Assembly (NCBI GenBank): GCA_028715175.1
Contig: JAQUSJ010000001.1
Span: forward strand, 212,550 to 276,549
DNA length: 64,000 nucleotides
Direction of reading: 5' to 3'
Source: Candidatus Daviesbacteria bacterium
GTDB taxonomy: Bacteria; Patescibacteriota; Microgenomatia; Daviesbacterales; UBA10151
Positions within the stretch are counted from its first letter, which is position 1. Each line of letters opens with the position of its first letter. Shown here one piece after another: positions 8,118 to 16,917 of the stretch. The notes under the pieces were generated by a model. That model saw nothing but the letters and a program-made list of their open reading frames with translations. It was not told the DNA's origin and did not search any database. The position numbers and the translations under genes were made by a program.

Positions 8118-9530
8118 ATGCAGAGTCGCACTTTAATTTTGGATTGTAAGAATAAAATAGGCAAAGAAGTTAAAATTTGCGGCTGGGTACATACCAGACG
8201 AGACCACGGCAAGATTCTATTTTTAGATGTTTTGGATAGATCTGGAATCATTCAGGTTGTAGTATCTCCAGACAGTGTCCACCTCGAAGGAGTCAAAGTC
8301 CACCTTCGAGGTGAAGAGTTGCAGGTGCAACGCTACCTGGAAGGTGGGTTGCATGCAATACATCCGCAAGATGTTGTTTGTATAACTGGGAGAGTAAACA
8401 AACGTCCGGAAAACCTTATTAACAAAAATATTCCTACAGGAGAAATAGAGATTTCAGCAAAAGAAATTGAAGTTTTATCTAAAGCGCAGGAGTTACCTTT
8501 TGATATGGGAGGTAAAGACTTAGATTTACAGCTGCCTACTTTACTTGATTATCGCTCCCTTACTTTGCGCCACCCGAAAGTCAAAGCCATTTTTAAAATT
8601 CAAGAAAGTTTACTAGAGGGATTTAGAAAAGCTGCCAAAGATTTGGGATGCACAGAGATTATAGTGCCGACGATTGTGGCAGGAGCGACAGAAGGCGGTG
8701 CGGAAGTTTTTAGAATAGACTATTTTGAACACAAAGCTTACCTTTCCCAAAGTCCCCAACTTTACAAACAAATGCTGGTTCCGGTATACGAGCGGGTTTT
8801 TACCATAGCCAAGGCTTACCGTGCTGAGCCATCAGTGACGACCAGGCATTTGACTGAAAGCACTCAAATGGATGTTGAGATTGGTTTTGTGGAATTTGAA
8901 GAGTTACTGGATATTTTGGAGAATGCAGCGATTAAGATGTTAAAAATCGCTGAAGAAGAATGTAAAGAGATTTTATCCGAGTTTGGAGTGGAGAAGACTG
9001 CTTTTGGCTCGCCTCGCTCCGCGGGCGGAGCGGGCAAAATTCCCAGGCTTACTTTAAGGGAAGCGCAAGATATTCTCTTAAAAGAATTTGGGCGGGACAA
9101 CAGAAAGGAAAAAGATCTAACGCCGCAGGATGAAGCAGATCTTTGTAAATGGGCAAAGAAAAGTCACGGTAGTGATTTTGTGACGGTGACACATTTTCCC
9201 ACCAATGCCAAACCATTTTACACAATGCCGGATCCGAAAAATCCGGAATATTCCTTAAGTTATGATTTATTATTCAGGGGAGTGGAAATTATGAGCGGCA
9301 GTCAGAGGATTAATGATTATCAACAGTTGGTTGATTCAATCAAATCAAGAGGTATGGATCCAAAATCTTTTGAGATGTATTTGCAGGCTTTTAAATTTGG
9401 TATGCCTCCGGAAGGTGGATTCTCCTTTGGGTTGGAAAGAATTACTATGCATGTTTTGAATTTAGCTAATGTTAGAGAAGCCAGTCTTTTCCCGAGAGAT
9501 ATGGAAAGAGTAGACACCAGGTTGAGATGA
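8118..9530 (+). CDS. aspS: Aspartyl-tRNA synthetase, short archaeal/non-discriminating type
   Basis: GWVHTRRDHG, ATEGGAEVF, LSQSPQLYKQ, GMPPEGG and FPRD motifs; ATG at 8118 follows TATGAT. Confidence 0.9.
   Translation: MQSRTLILDCKNKIGKEVKICGWVHTRRDHGKILFLDVLDRSGIIQVVVSPDSVHLEGVKVHLRGEELQVQRYLEGGLHAIHPQDVVCITGRVNKRPENLINKNIPTGEIEISAKEIEVLSKAQELPFDMGGKDLDLQLPTLLDYRSLTLRHPKVKAIFKIQESLLEGFRKAAKDLGCTEIIVPTIVAGATEGGAEVFRIDYFEHKAYLSQSPQLYKQMLVPVYERVFTIAKAYRAEPSVTTRHLTESTQMDVEIGFVEFEELLDILENAAIKMLKIAEEECKEILSEFGVEKTAFGSPRSAGGAGKIPRLTLREAQDILLKEFGRDNRKEKDLTPQDEADLCKWAKKSHGSDFVTVTHFPTNAKPFYTMPDPKNPEYSLSYDLLFRGVEIMSGSQRINDYQQLVDSIKSRGMDPKSFEMYLQAFKFGMPPEGGFSFGLERITMHVLNLANVREASLFPRDMERVDTRLR
8278..8313 (+). 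repeat. 36-bp palindromic element, copy 1 (in-frame in aspS)
   Basis: TCCACCTCGAAGGAGTCAAAGTCCACCTTCGAGGTG; near-identical copies at 39353 and 42161. Confidence 0.85.
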
Positions 9531-10459
9531 GATACTATTTATATTCCGCCGGTTTGATTATTCTGGCAATAATTATCACAACAGCGATCCCATTCGTGGT
9601 AGAGTTTAGTGAAAATGAATTAATAAGTTCGGCTATCCCTTTAAATAATTCAAGCGTTGCCGGTATTCAGAAATATAATATTCCACCGGTTGTTGGCAGT
9701 TTACCGGTTCCAATCGTTTCTGCCCGCGCAGTTTTTATTGAGGATTTGGCGACTAATACAATCCTTTACCAGAAAGATGCTGACACTCCGCTTCCAATTG
9801 CATCTACTACAAAGATTATGACAGCTCTTGTTGGAGTAGAATATTTTAAACAAAATTCCATACTAACTATTGGAAGCAGCGCAAATATCCCCGGTTCCCG
9901 GGTAGGTTTAGTTTCCGGAGAAAATCTTAGCTTTAGATCATTGCTTTACGGTATGCTGTTGAATTCCGGTAATGATGCTGCTTTTGCTTTGGCAGAGAAT
10001 TACCCGGGCGGAGTTTTGAGTTTTATATCGGCAATGAATAAAAAAGTTTTAGAGCTAAATTTGCATAGTACCCACTTCGACAACCCTGCAGGCTTTGATA
10101 GCCCAAATCATTACTCTTCCGCAGCAGATCTTGCTAAAATTACAAAAGAAGCCTTAAAAAATTCCCAACTGGCAAGAATTTTTGCGACCAAAGAAACGAA
10201 TATAGTTTCTTTAGATAAAAGATATTCCCATCAATTATTTAATCTTAATAAATTACTAACCCAGATTAATGGGGTTTTAGGAATAAAGACCGGCACTACT
10301 GATCAAGCCAAAGAGAATTTAGTGACGTTGATCGAAAGGGACGGACATCGGGTTTTGATAATAATTCTCGGAAGCAATGACCGGTTTGGCGAAACTACGA
10401 GATTAATAGACTGGACTTATACGAATGTTACTTGGCCGGAGACTGAAACTCCCCGCTGA
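9527..10459 (+). CDS. D-alanyl-D-alanine carboxypeptidase (peptidase S11)
   Basis: ASTTK (SxxK), SGN and KTG motifs; N-terminal TM. Confidence 0.93.
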   Translation: MRYYLYSAGLIILAIIITTAIPFVVEFSENELISSAIPLNNSSVAGIQKYNIPPVVGSLPVPIVSARAVFIEDLATNTILYQKDADTPLPIASTTKIMTALVGVEYFKQNSILTIGSSANIPGSRVGLVSGENLSFRSLLYGMLLNSGNDAAFALAENYPGGVLSFISAMNKKVLELNLHSTHFDNPAGFDSPNHYSSAADLAKITKEALKNSQLARIFATKETNIVSLDKRYSHQLFNLNKLLTQINGVLGIKTGTTDQAKENLVTLIERDGHRVLIIILGSNDRFGETTRLIDWTYTNVTWPETETPR

Positions 10460-11501
10460 TTGCAGCAACATATGCAACAAAATTTGGACCTTCAAAAATA
10501 AATATTGGCTGTAAATATGGACTATACTCATCCGACAGAAAGTAACCAAGATATATAGAGGTTATAGAAACTTGTGGACTTTTCGGTTCAGAGATTACTA
10601 CGCCTTTCCCGCTTTTTAGATCTTCAAATGCAACTTCAGCTTCTTTAATCGGGTATGTTGCAAAGGTTGAGGTATCAATGGGGTAGTAGATGAAATCTAA
10701 AGACAAATAATAATCTAGCTTGTCGGCGCTGCCTGAAACAACTGCATTTACTAAAGATTTATCAAAATCGGCTGTAAAAATTGATTTTTTATCGATAGGG
10801 GAAGGCCAAAGTGAAATTTGAGCAGCAACAGCTTCCGATCTAAGTTGGGTTGGTATTAGCGCCTCTCCGGCATTTTTCAAAAAGGTTACTTTGGTTCTGC
10901 CGGTTTTGAGGTCGTCTTTCATTACTCCCAAAGTTGTGAGAGTTTGCTCAAAATCAGATACCAATTTATTATCGTTATCTAAGTTTACCTTTCCTGATAT
11001 TGTTGCTTCATTTCTGTATGAAAAGTTGCCTGAGTCTAGCTCAACAGTTAATGTTTTATTGCGAAGCAAGGAGGTTGCTTCATTTTGGTCAGTATATTTG
11101 TATTTTGTATCGCTTAAAATCTCCGGTGGAGCTACCAGGCCGAAATTTGCAGCTAAAGCCGAAGATCTGTCTGCAGAAAGGAATGTGGCAAAAGTTTGGG
11201 TGACGAAATAGACTTTAGTTATTTTTTCAAAACCGGAATCAACCCCTATTTTAGGTAAACCGCCTGTTGTTGTATCCAGCGAGTAGGAGAAATTTGATGT
11301 GGACACTTTGCTTTTTGGAAAATTAACTGGTGGGAGCGGGCCAAATCTGATGTCCGGTTTTTCTTCAACAGGCGGCAGATGAGCCAAATAATATGCATAC
11401 CACATTCGATAACCTATAAAACTGATTGTACCCAACACCAGTGCAATTATTGATACAGTTACAACTTGTCTTACGATGGCAGCAGTTTGAGTTAGAGTCA
11501 T
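10428..11501 (-). CDS. Hypothetical membrane-anchored protein
   Basis: Start MTLTQ chosen to avoid overlap with gltX; one TM helix followed by an extracytoplasmic domain. Confidence 0.75.
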   Translation of the reverse strand: MTLTQTAAIVRQVVTVSIIALVLGTISFIGYRMWYAYYLAHLPPVEEKPDIRFGPLPPVNFPKSKVSTSNFSYSLDTTTGGLPKIGVDSGFEKITKVYFVTQTFATFLSADRSSALAANFGLVAPPEILSDTKYKYTDQNEATSLLRNKTLTVELDSGNFSYRNEATISGKVNLDNDNKLVSDFEQTLTTLGVMKDDLKTGRTKVTFLKNAGEALIPTQLRSEAVAAQISLWPSPIDKKSIFTADFDKSLVNAVVSGSADKLDYYLSLDFIYYPIDTSTFATYPIKEAEVAFEDLKSGKGVVISEPKSPQVSITSIYLGYFLSDEYSPYLQPIFIFEGPNFVAYVAAISGEFQSPAK

Positions 11502-11564
11502 AAGTAAAAGTTCAATGTGATCGCATACTATTATTATACAAGAATGGGAGATATAATAATCTGT

Positions 11565-12872
11565 GTGAAAATTAAAACTAGATTTGCGCCTTCCCCAACC
11601 GGAGTATTGCATATCGGGGGGGTTAGAACTGCGCTTTATGCATATTTGGTGGCCAAAAAAGCCGGCGGAGTTTTTTCGTTGCGGATTGAGGATACTGACA
11701 GGGCAAGGTTTGTAGAAGGCGCGACAGAAGATATTATTAAAACACTCAAATGGCTGGGACTCACATTTGACGGGGAGCCAATTTATCAATCCAGGAGAGT
11801 AGATTTATACAAAGAACAGGTAGAAAAACTGGTTGACTGCGGTAAAGCTTATGAAAAAGACGGGGCTGTCTGGTTTAAGGTCCAATTAAGCGGTAAAACT
11901 TCAATTGTTGATTTGGCGGGAGGAAGGAAAATTGAATTTGAAAATTCCACCCAAAAAGATTTCGTAATTTTAAAATCCGACGGTTACCCGACTTATCATC
12001 TGGCCCATGTAGTTGATGACCATTTAATGGAAACGAACCCTGTTATCAGGGGGGCGGAGTGGATTTCTTCAGTTCCAAAACATATCCAGCTTTTTGAGGC
12101 TTTCGGCTGGGAAATACCGCAATATGCGCATTTGCCTATTATTCTGGGGACTGACCGGTCAAAACTTTCCAAAAGGCACGGCGCCAAACCGGCATCCGAG
12201 TTTCGCGAAGATGGATTTTTAGCGGAAGCGATTTTAAATTATATGGCTTTACTTGGTTGGACACCGCCTTCAGGGAAAGAAATTTTGACACTTTCGGAAA
12301 TGGTTAAAGAATTTGATTTATCTGATGTTAATAGCGCAAATCCTATTTTTGACATTACAAAACTTGAATGGATGAACGGGGAATACATCAGGAAATCTCA
12401 AATCTCAAATCTCAAATCTCAAATTTTGGAATACTTAAAGGATCTTGCTGGGGGGGTTATGCCGGATCACCCAACAGAAGAAGAGTTAGAAAAAGTTGCA
12501 CCGCTTGTTAAAGACCGGATTAAAAAACTGTCTGATTTTATACCTTTAACAGATTTTCTCTGGGAGAAAGTAGAATATGATAAAGAAATTTTTAACAGAT
12601 TAAAGATTGATGATTTACGATTAAAGATGGAGAAAGTTCTGAAAAAAATGGGAGATATGGAAAAGCCATGGAAGGCAGACATGTTTGAAAAAACTTTTAG
12701 AGGGTTGGCAGACGAGATGGGGGTAAAAGCAGGGGATATGTTCCAATTAATTAGGGTGGCAATTTCTGGTCAAACTGTCACACCCCCTCTTTTTGAGAGT
12801 ATAGAGATTATAGGCGAGGAGGAAATTGTGAAAAGAATAAAAGCAGCAATAGAATTTTTACAAACTACTTAA
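11565..12872 (+). CDS. gltX: Glutamyl-tRNA synthetase
   Basis: RFAPSPTG, HIGG, RIEDTD and KLSKR motifs; GTG 7 nt after TATAAT. Confidence 0.96.
   Translation: MKIKTRFAPSPTGVLHIGGVRTALYAYLVAKKAGGVFSLRIEDTDRARFVEGATEDIIKTLKWLGLTFDGEPIYQSRRVDLYKEQVEKLVDCGKAYEKDGAVWFKVQLSGKTSIVDLAGGRKIEFENSTQKDFVILKSDGYPTYHLAHVVDDHLMETNPVIRGAEWISSVPKHIQLFEAFGWEIPQYAHLPIILGTDRSKLSKRHGAKPASEFREDGFLAEAILNYMALLGWTPPSGKEILTLSEMVKEFDLSDVNSANPIFDITKLEWMNGEYIRKSQISNLKSQILEYLKDLAGGVMPDHPTEEELEKVAPLVKDRIKKLSDFIPLTDFLWEKVEYDKEIFNRLKIDDLRLKMEKVLKKMGDMEKPWKADMFEKTFRGLADEMGVKAGDMFQLIRVAISGQTVTPPLFESIEIIGEEEIVKRIKAAIEFLQTT
12393..12424 (+). repeat. Heptamer tandem repeat (AAATCTC) x4 inside gltX
   Basis: Seen directly; encodes KSQISNLKSQI. 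Confidence 0.9.
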
Positions 12873-12909
12873 AGTTGCGCAGCTCATAGTTTTGTGGTAT
12901 ATTCCGACC

Positions 12910-13278
12910 ATGGAAGATTCAAGGTGGTTTCGGTTAATAACAATAGGGTTAATATTGGCAGCTTTGGCTGTCGGCTATTTTTTATTGAGCGGTCGGTTGA
13001 CTTCAAACAGTTTTATAAAAACAAAGTCCCAAACAACTAATGTAGTATCCGAAACAGCAAGCGCCACCCCGTCAGCATCAGTTTTGGGACAAGATGTACA
13101 GACTACTCCAACATCCAGCCCCAGGCAGACACCATCATCGGCATATGACAGGATAGCAAACCGCACACAAAATCAGGTCCAGACATTGCCGAAAACCGGT
13201 TTTTCACAAGTTCTGGCCGGAATTTTTTCAGTCGGGATTATGATTTCCGGCTGGGGCCTAAGACGATTTCCTCGTTAG
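12910..13278 (+). CDS. Small Ser/Thr-rich surface protein with LPxTG-like sorting signal
   Basis: N-terminal TM, S/T/P linker, then LPKTG + TM + RRFPR tail. Confidence 0.75.
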   Translation: MEDSRWFRLITIGLILAALAVGYFLLSGRLTSNSFIKTKSQTTNVVSETASATPSASVLGQDVQTTPTSSPRQTPSSAYDRIANRTQNQVQTLPKTGFSQVLAGIFSVGIMISGWGLRRFPR

Positions 13279-13319
13279 TTTCCTAGATCAAAAATTGGTA
13301 TAATTTCCAAGGTAAGTAT

Positions 13320-13415
13320 TGCGGGATCGCCCGCCTGCAACGCTATGCCCGCTCGCATCGATATGCGAAGCGTTTCGGGCGAGCGTAGCATTGCGGGCAG
13401 GTCTAACGGTAGGAC
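13320..13415 (+). repeat. Copy of the tRNA-Gln 5' end split by a 72-bp nested palindrome
   Basis: TGCGGGATCG + palindrome (13330-13401) + TCTAACGGTAGGAC; matches 13664-13687 at 23 of 24 nt. Confidence 0.85.
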
Positions 13416-13416
13416 C

Positions 13417-13656
13417 ATGTTTTATACTTATGTTTTAAAAAGCAAAAAGGATGGTAAGCTTTATATTGGATGGAGCGTTGATCTTAAGCATCGTGTTGAA
13501 CAGCATAGTAAAGGTTTAGTAAGAGCCACCAAGGATCGATTACCTATGGAACTCATATATTATGAAGCCTGTTTGAGTGAGAGTAATGCTATTTCCAGAG
13601 AGAAGCAATTAAAAACAGGTTTTGGTAGAGCTTATCTAAAAAGAAGATTAGGTTAA
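13417..13656 (+). CDS. Small GIY-YIG nuclease-family protein
   Basis: FYTYVLKS..LYIG...R..QH and A..RE.QLK motifs; likely start MFYTY. Confidence 0.9.
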   Translation: MFYTYVLKSKKDGKLYIGWSVDLKHRVEQHSKGLVRATKDRLPMELIYYEACLSESNAISREKQLKTGFGRAYLKRRLG

Positions 13657-13663
13657 TTAATAA

Positions 13664-13737
13664 TGCGGGATCGTCTAATGGTAGGACAACAGGCTCTGAA
13701 CCTGTTTATCTAGGTCCGACTCCTAGTCCCGCAGCCA
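13664..13737 (+). tRNA. tRNA-Gln (CTG)
   Basis: Acceptor stem TGCGGGA/TCCCGCA, anticodon arm ACAGG-CTCTGAA-CCTGT, encoded CCA. Confidence 0.95.
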
Positions 13738-13773
13738 AGTAGGGCACCCCAAGGTGACCGTACTTTTAAATTC

Positions 13774-14463
13774 ATGAGTAAAGTTAAAGAAATACGTTTT
13801 TGTGTTGGTAGTAAGAATAAAATGTCTTCATTAGTTTGGAAGATGTTTATAAATAACGAAGATGTGTATCTACTTGCAAGACAAATGGGTGGTTCTTGGA
13901 AGATTAGCCTACATAAAAGTGGAATATGTAGAGTTGCATTTAAACAAGAACTAGAAAAAGGTAAGGATAGACTTGTACTAAAATGGGATAAAGTTTATGT
14001 TGAAGATACTATATCTCCAAATATTGCGATTTTAGTTCCCCATGTTGACATAACTAAGGCGTTAAACAAAAATATTGAAAGTAGATTAAATAAAGATATT
14101 TTGTATATTGATTCCCCGTCAAATGATGAGAAAGTAGTTGTTAAAGTTTTTTACACAAAAAATGATGGAGTTGATTTAGAAAGTAAGTTGCCGGCTTCTC
14201 ATAAAAAACTTTTCCAATATGCACTTAAGAATGGTGAGGTAGTTTATTTGATTGCTTGGAAAGAAAAATTACAGGATGCCGAAATAACACAGCTTCGAGA
14301 TCAGGTATCAAAATTCCAAGTAAATGTCACTTCAGAAGAAGCTAAAAGTAAAATAGATACCGTTTTTGCTGTGTGGATAAACGAAGGTACGCAACAAACT
14401 CACCAACAACCTACTATAGTAAACTATCCATTAGGATATGAGCACTTAAAGGTTTCGTTATAA
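13774..14463 (+). CDS. Hypothetical protein
   Basis: 229-aa AT-rich ORF immediately after the tRNA. Confidence 0.75.
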   Translation: MSKVKEIRFCVGSKNKMSSLVWKMFINNEDVYLLARQMGGSWKISLHKSGICRVAFKQELEKGKDRLVLKWDKVYVEDTISPNIAILVPHVDITKALNKNIESRLNKDILYIDSPSNDEKVVVKVFYTKNDGVDLESKLPASHKKLFQYALKNGEVVYLIAWKEKLQDAEITQLRDQVSKFQVNVTSEEAKSKIDTVFAVWINEGTQQTHQQPTIVNYPLGYEHLKVSL

Positions 14464-14642
14464 TGATACAAAGGTTCTAGACCGATACGCTCAGCAAAAG
14501 CTCGGTTCACTGTGCTCTTCCGCAGCCCAAAGAATGAAGGAGGAAATCCTAGTCTTGAGCGGCTGCACACTTTAGGTATCTGTGTATCCAATATAATTTT
14601 AGACTGATGCAAAATTGGATACTTCTGATATAATCCCTAATT

Positions 14643-15314
14643 GTGATTACGGAGTTTAACAGAGGACCTCAGCCCGTTAGTCTTGAGCATCAAGAGGTTG
14701 TAGAAAGACTAATTTCCTTTTCCAAGGTTGCTAATGCAGGATATTTTGATGAGTATGGTGTATTTGGGTTAGTACCAACTAACCGACCTACAACTTTAGA
14801 AAACCGTAGAGAATATTGGACTTTAGATCTTTTAGAATTTACCTCTGCCGAGGATAGACTTTGGATTGGAAGAAAGGGTTTAATGGTTGTATTTGGAGGA
14901 AGAGTGGGAAATGCAAGCGGAATGGAAATAGAACAAATGGCAGCCGGGAGACCTCGTCATATTTTAACTGCGGGAGATGTAAGAGAGATTAACCCATATA
15001 GGCGTTTTGAGGCTGTTGTACCTGAATCAGGATGGTTGTTTAGCATACATGCAGCCCTGAGGCAGCGTTTGTATGCTGGTTTAAGAGATGAAGATTTAGA
15101 AAAAATTTTGATGGGAGTAGAAGTAGGAAAGGAACCTCCGTTTTTTGATGACCATATCTATACCAAAGTTGAACCAGGACACGAAGGGAAAAGAGTGCAA
15201 GTTCTACCTTTTCATCCACAAAATGATGCAGTTGTTATAGATACGGAGACCAGGAAATTAATCCCAGTCCACAATGCTGCTATATTGTCAGAGGCCAGAT
15301 GGACAAAACAATAA
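14643..15314 (+). CDS. Hypothetical protein
   Basis: 223-aa ORF with TATAAT 8 nt upstream. Confidence 0.7.
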   Translation: MITEFNRGPQPVSLEHQEVVERLISFSKVANAGYFDEYGVFGLVPTNRPTTLENRREYWTLDLLEFTSAEDRLWIGRKGLMVVFGGRVGNASGMEIEQMAAGRPRHILTAGDVREINPYRRFEAVVPESGWLFSIHAALRQRLYAGLRDEDLEKILMGVEVGKEPPFFDDHIYTKVEPGHEGKRVQVLPFHPQNDAVVIDTETRKLIPVHNAAILSEARWTKQ

Positions 15315-15438
15315 CTACAAATTATTTATAAACTACAGTTTTGACCTTGATGCAAGATTATCGTTATAAGGACTAAGAAGTCTCTAAACTGGCCTGCTCA
15401 GCTTTTTAAATTTGCTAATATTTTGCTAATATGAATAC

Positions 15439-15606
15439 ATGTCTTCAAAAGTTCTAGTATATTTAGGTATGATTATTGGTTCCATTATAGGAGGGTATAT
15501 ACCAACATTATTTGGAGCAGGTTTAATTTCCTACACTTCAGTATTATTTAGCGGAATTGGTGCGATATTAGGAGCTTGGATTGGCTACAAATTAAGTAAT
15601 TTTTGA
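15439..15606 (+). CDS. 55-aa Gly-rich two-TM membrane protein (not in the ORF track)
   Basis: MSSKVLVYLGMIIGSIIGGYIPTLFGAGLISYTSVLFSGIGAILGAWIGYKLSNF, translated by hand. Confidence 0.75.
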   Translation: MSSKVLVYLGMIIGSIIGGYIPTLFGAGLISYTSVLFSGIGAILGAWIGYKLSNF

Positions 15607-15655
15607 GTAAAAAGTTCCAACTTTCAAATATTTTAACTTCTGGTATACTTTCATT

Positions 15656-16357
15656 ATGATTAATGATAAAAAGATTGGGATAATTGGTGGAGTTGGTCCT
15701 CAGTCAACGGATTTTATTTATGAGAAGATAATCCAGTTTTCTCAATCCAAGTATGGCGCTAAAGATAATGCTGATTATCCAAGACTGGTTATTGAGTCAG
15801 TTCCCATACCAGACTTTATTTCAAATAAAGATCATATAGAAGTGGCTAAAGAAATGTTAATTGATGCTGCAAAATCCTTATCTAATGCAGGAGCAACAAG
15901 GCTTTGCATTGGAAGTAATACGGTCCATATATTATTGGAAGAGTTAAGGACACAGACAGAAGTTCCTTTTATATCAATGATTGAGCTTGTTGCTAAAAAA
16001 TGTATAAACAGCGGTTTTAAGAAAGTAGGCGTTCTTGGGACTCCTGTCCTGATACAATCAAATCTGTATACTAGAGAACTGAAGAAAAATGACATTGAAA
16101 TTATTGCTCCGTCAGAGGAGCAACTAAAAATAGTTGAAGAAATTATAAGACATATCCTTGCCGGATCTAAAAGCGAGGATCAGAAAAAAGCATATATTGA
16201 TGTTCTTAATGATCTATTTAGCAAGGGTGCAGAGGCAATAATATTAGGGTGTACTGAGCTGCCTCTTGCCGTAAATTATGAAGCATTAGGCAACAGAACA
16301 ATTAACTCAGACGAAGTCTTAGCTGAAGGTATAGTCGATTACTACTATTCTGGATGA
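15656..16357 (+). CDS. Aspartate/glutamate racemase-family protein
   Basis: IGIIGGVGP, SNTVH, GVLGT and LGCTELP motifs. Confidence 0.9.
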   Translation: MINDKKIGIIGGVGPQSTDFIYEKIIQFSQSKYGAKDNADYPRLVIESVPIPDFISNKDHIEVAKEMLIDAAKSLSNAGATRLCIGSNTVHILLEELRTQTEVPFISMIELVAKKCINSGFKKVGVLGTPVLIQSNLYTRELKKNDIEIIAPSEEQLKIVEEIIRHILAGSKSEDQKKAYIDVLNDLFSKGAEAIILGCTELPLAVNYEALGNRTINSDEVLAEGIVDYYYSG

Positions 16358-16460
16358 TTTAAGTAATAAGTTTCTACATATTCAATCAGCACTAGTAGCA
16401 TTTTGGTCTTTAAAATAGGATCTTTTTAATGCTTTATGACAGTAGTATAATTAACCCGCT

Positions 16461-16703
16461 ATGAAAGTAAAAAAGTTAGATTATTTAATTAAATTAACCT
16501 ACGATAAGGTTTATAAAGGCTATGTGGCTGATGTAGTTAATTTATATGGTTGTATGTCTCAAGGCAGAACGAAAGAAGAAGCTTTAGCCAATATAGAAAA
16601 AGCAATTAAAGCCTATATGAAAGTAATGAATCTAAAAAGAGATAAAAACTCTGAGTTTAGAGAAAAATCAGTTGATACCCCATATCCTGTACTAAATGCC
16701 TAA
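16461..16703 (+). CDS. hicB: HicB-family antitoxin
   Basis: GCMSQGRTKEEALANIEKAI motif. Confidence 0.85.
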   Translation: MKVKKLDYLIKLTYDKVYKGYVADVVNLYGCMSQGRTKEEALANIEKAIKAYMKVMNLKRDKNSEFREKSVDTPYPVLNA

Positions 16704-16917
16704 GTTAACAAATATTTCAGGGAAAGAGGCTGTTAAAGCTTTTACAAAGTTTGGATATGCACATGTTCATACATCAGGAGATCATGCTATTCTGCAAAAA
16801 ATCGGATCACCAACGCTTTCGATACCATTACATAAAGAAGTAGCACCCTTTTTGCTAAAAGCTCAAGTAAAAAGAGCAAGCATTCCTCTAGAAGATTACA
16901 TTAAGGTTTTGAAATGA
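16696..16917 (+). CDS. hicA: HicA-family toxin
   Basis: ISGKEAVKA..KFGY....SGDH...LSIPLH pattern; overlaps hicB. Confidence 0.85.
   Translation: MPKLTNISGKEAVKAFTKFGYAHVHTSGDHAILQKIGSPTLSIPLHKEVAPFLLKAQVKRASIPLEDYIKVLK

Noticed and set aside
11502-11789. Long 5' extension of the 10428 ORF overlapping gltX
   Set aside because: It runs antisense to the conserved gltX start; the ATG at 11501 gives a normal divergent layout.
13345-13416. N-terminal extension of the GIY-YIG ORF (MPARIDMRSV...)
   Set aside because: It is a translation of the palindrome and tRNA fragment; the family-typical start is at 13417.
14470-14560. A defined attR site for a tRNA-Gln island
   Set aside because: Only two 8-nt matches, in the wrong order, and no integrase; too weak to call as a feature.
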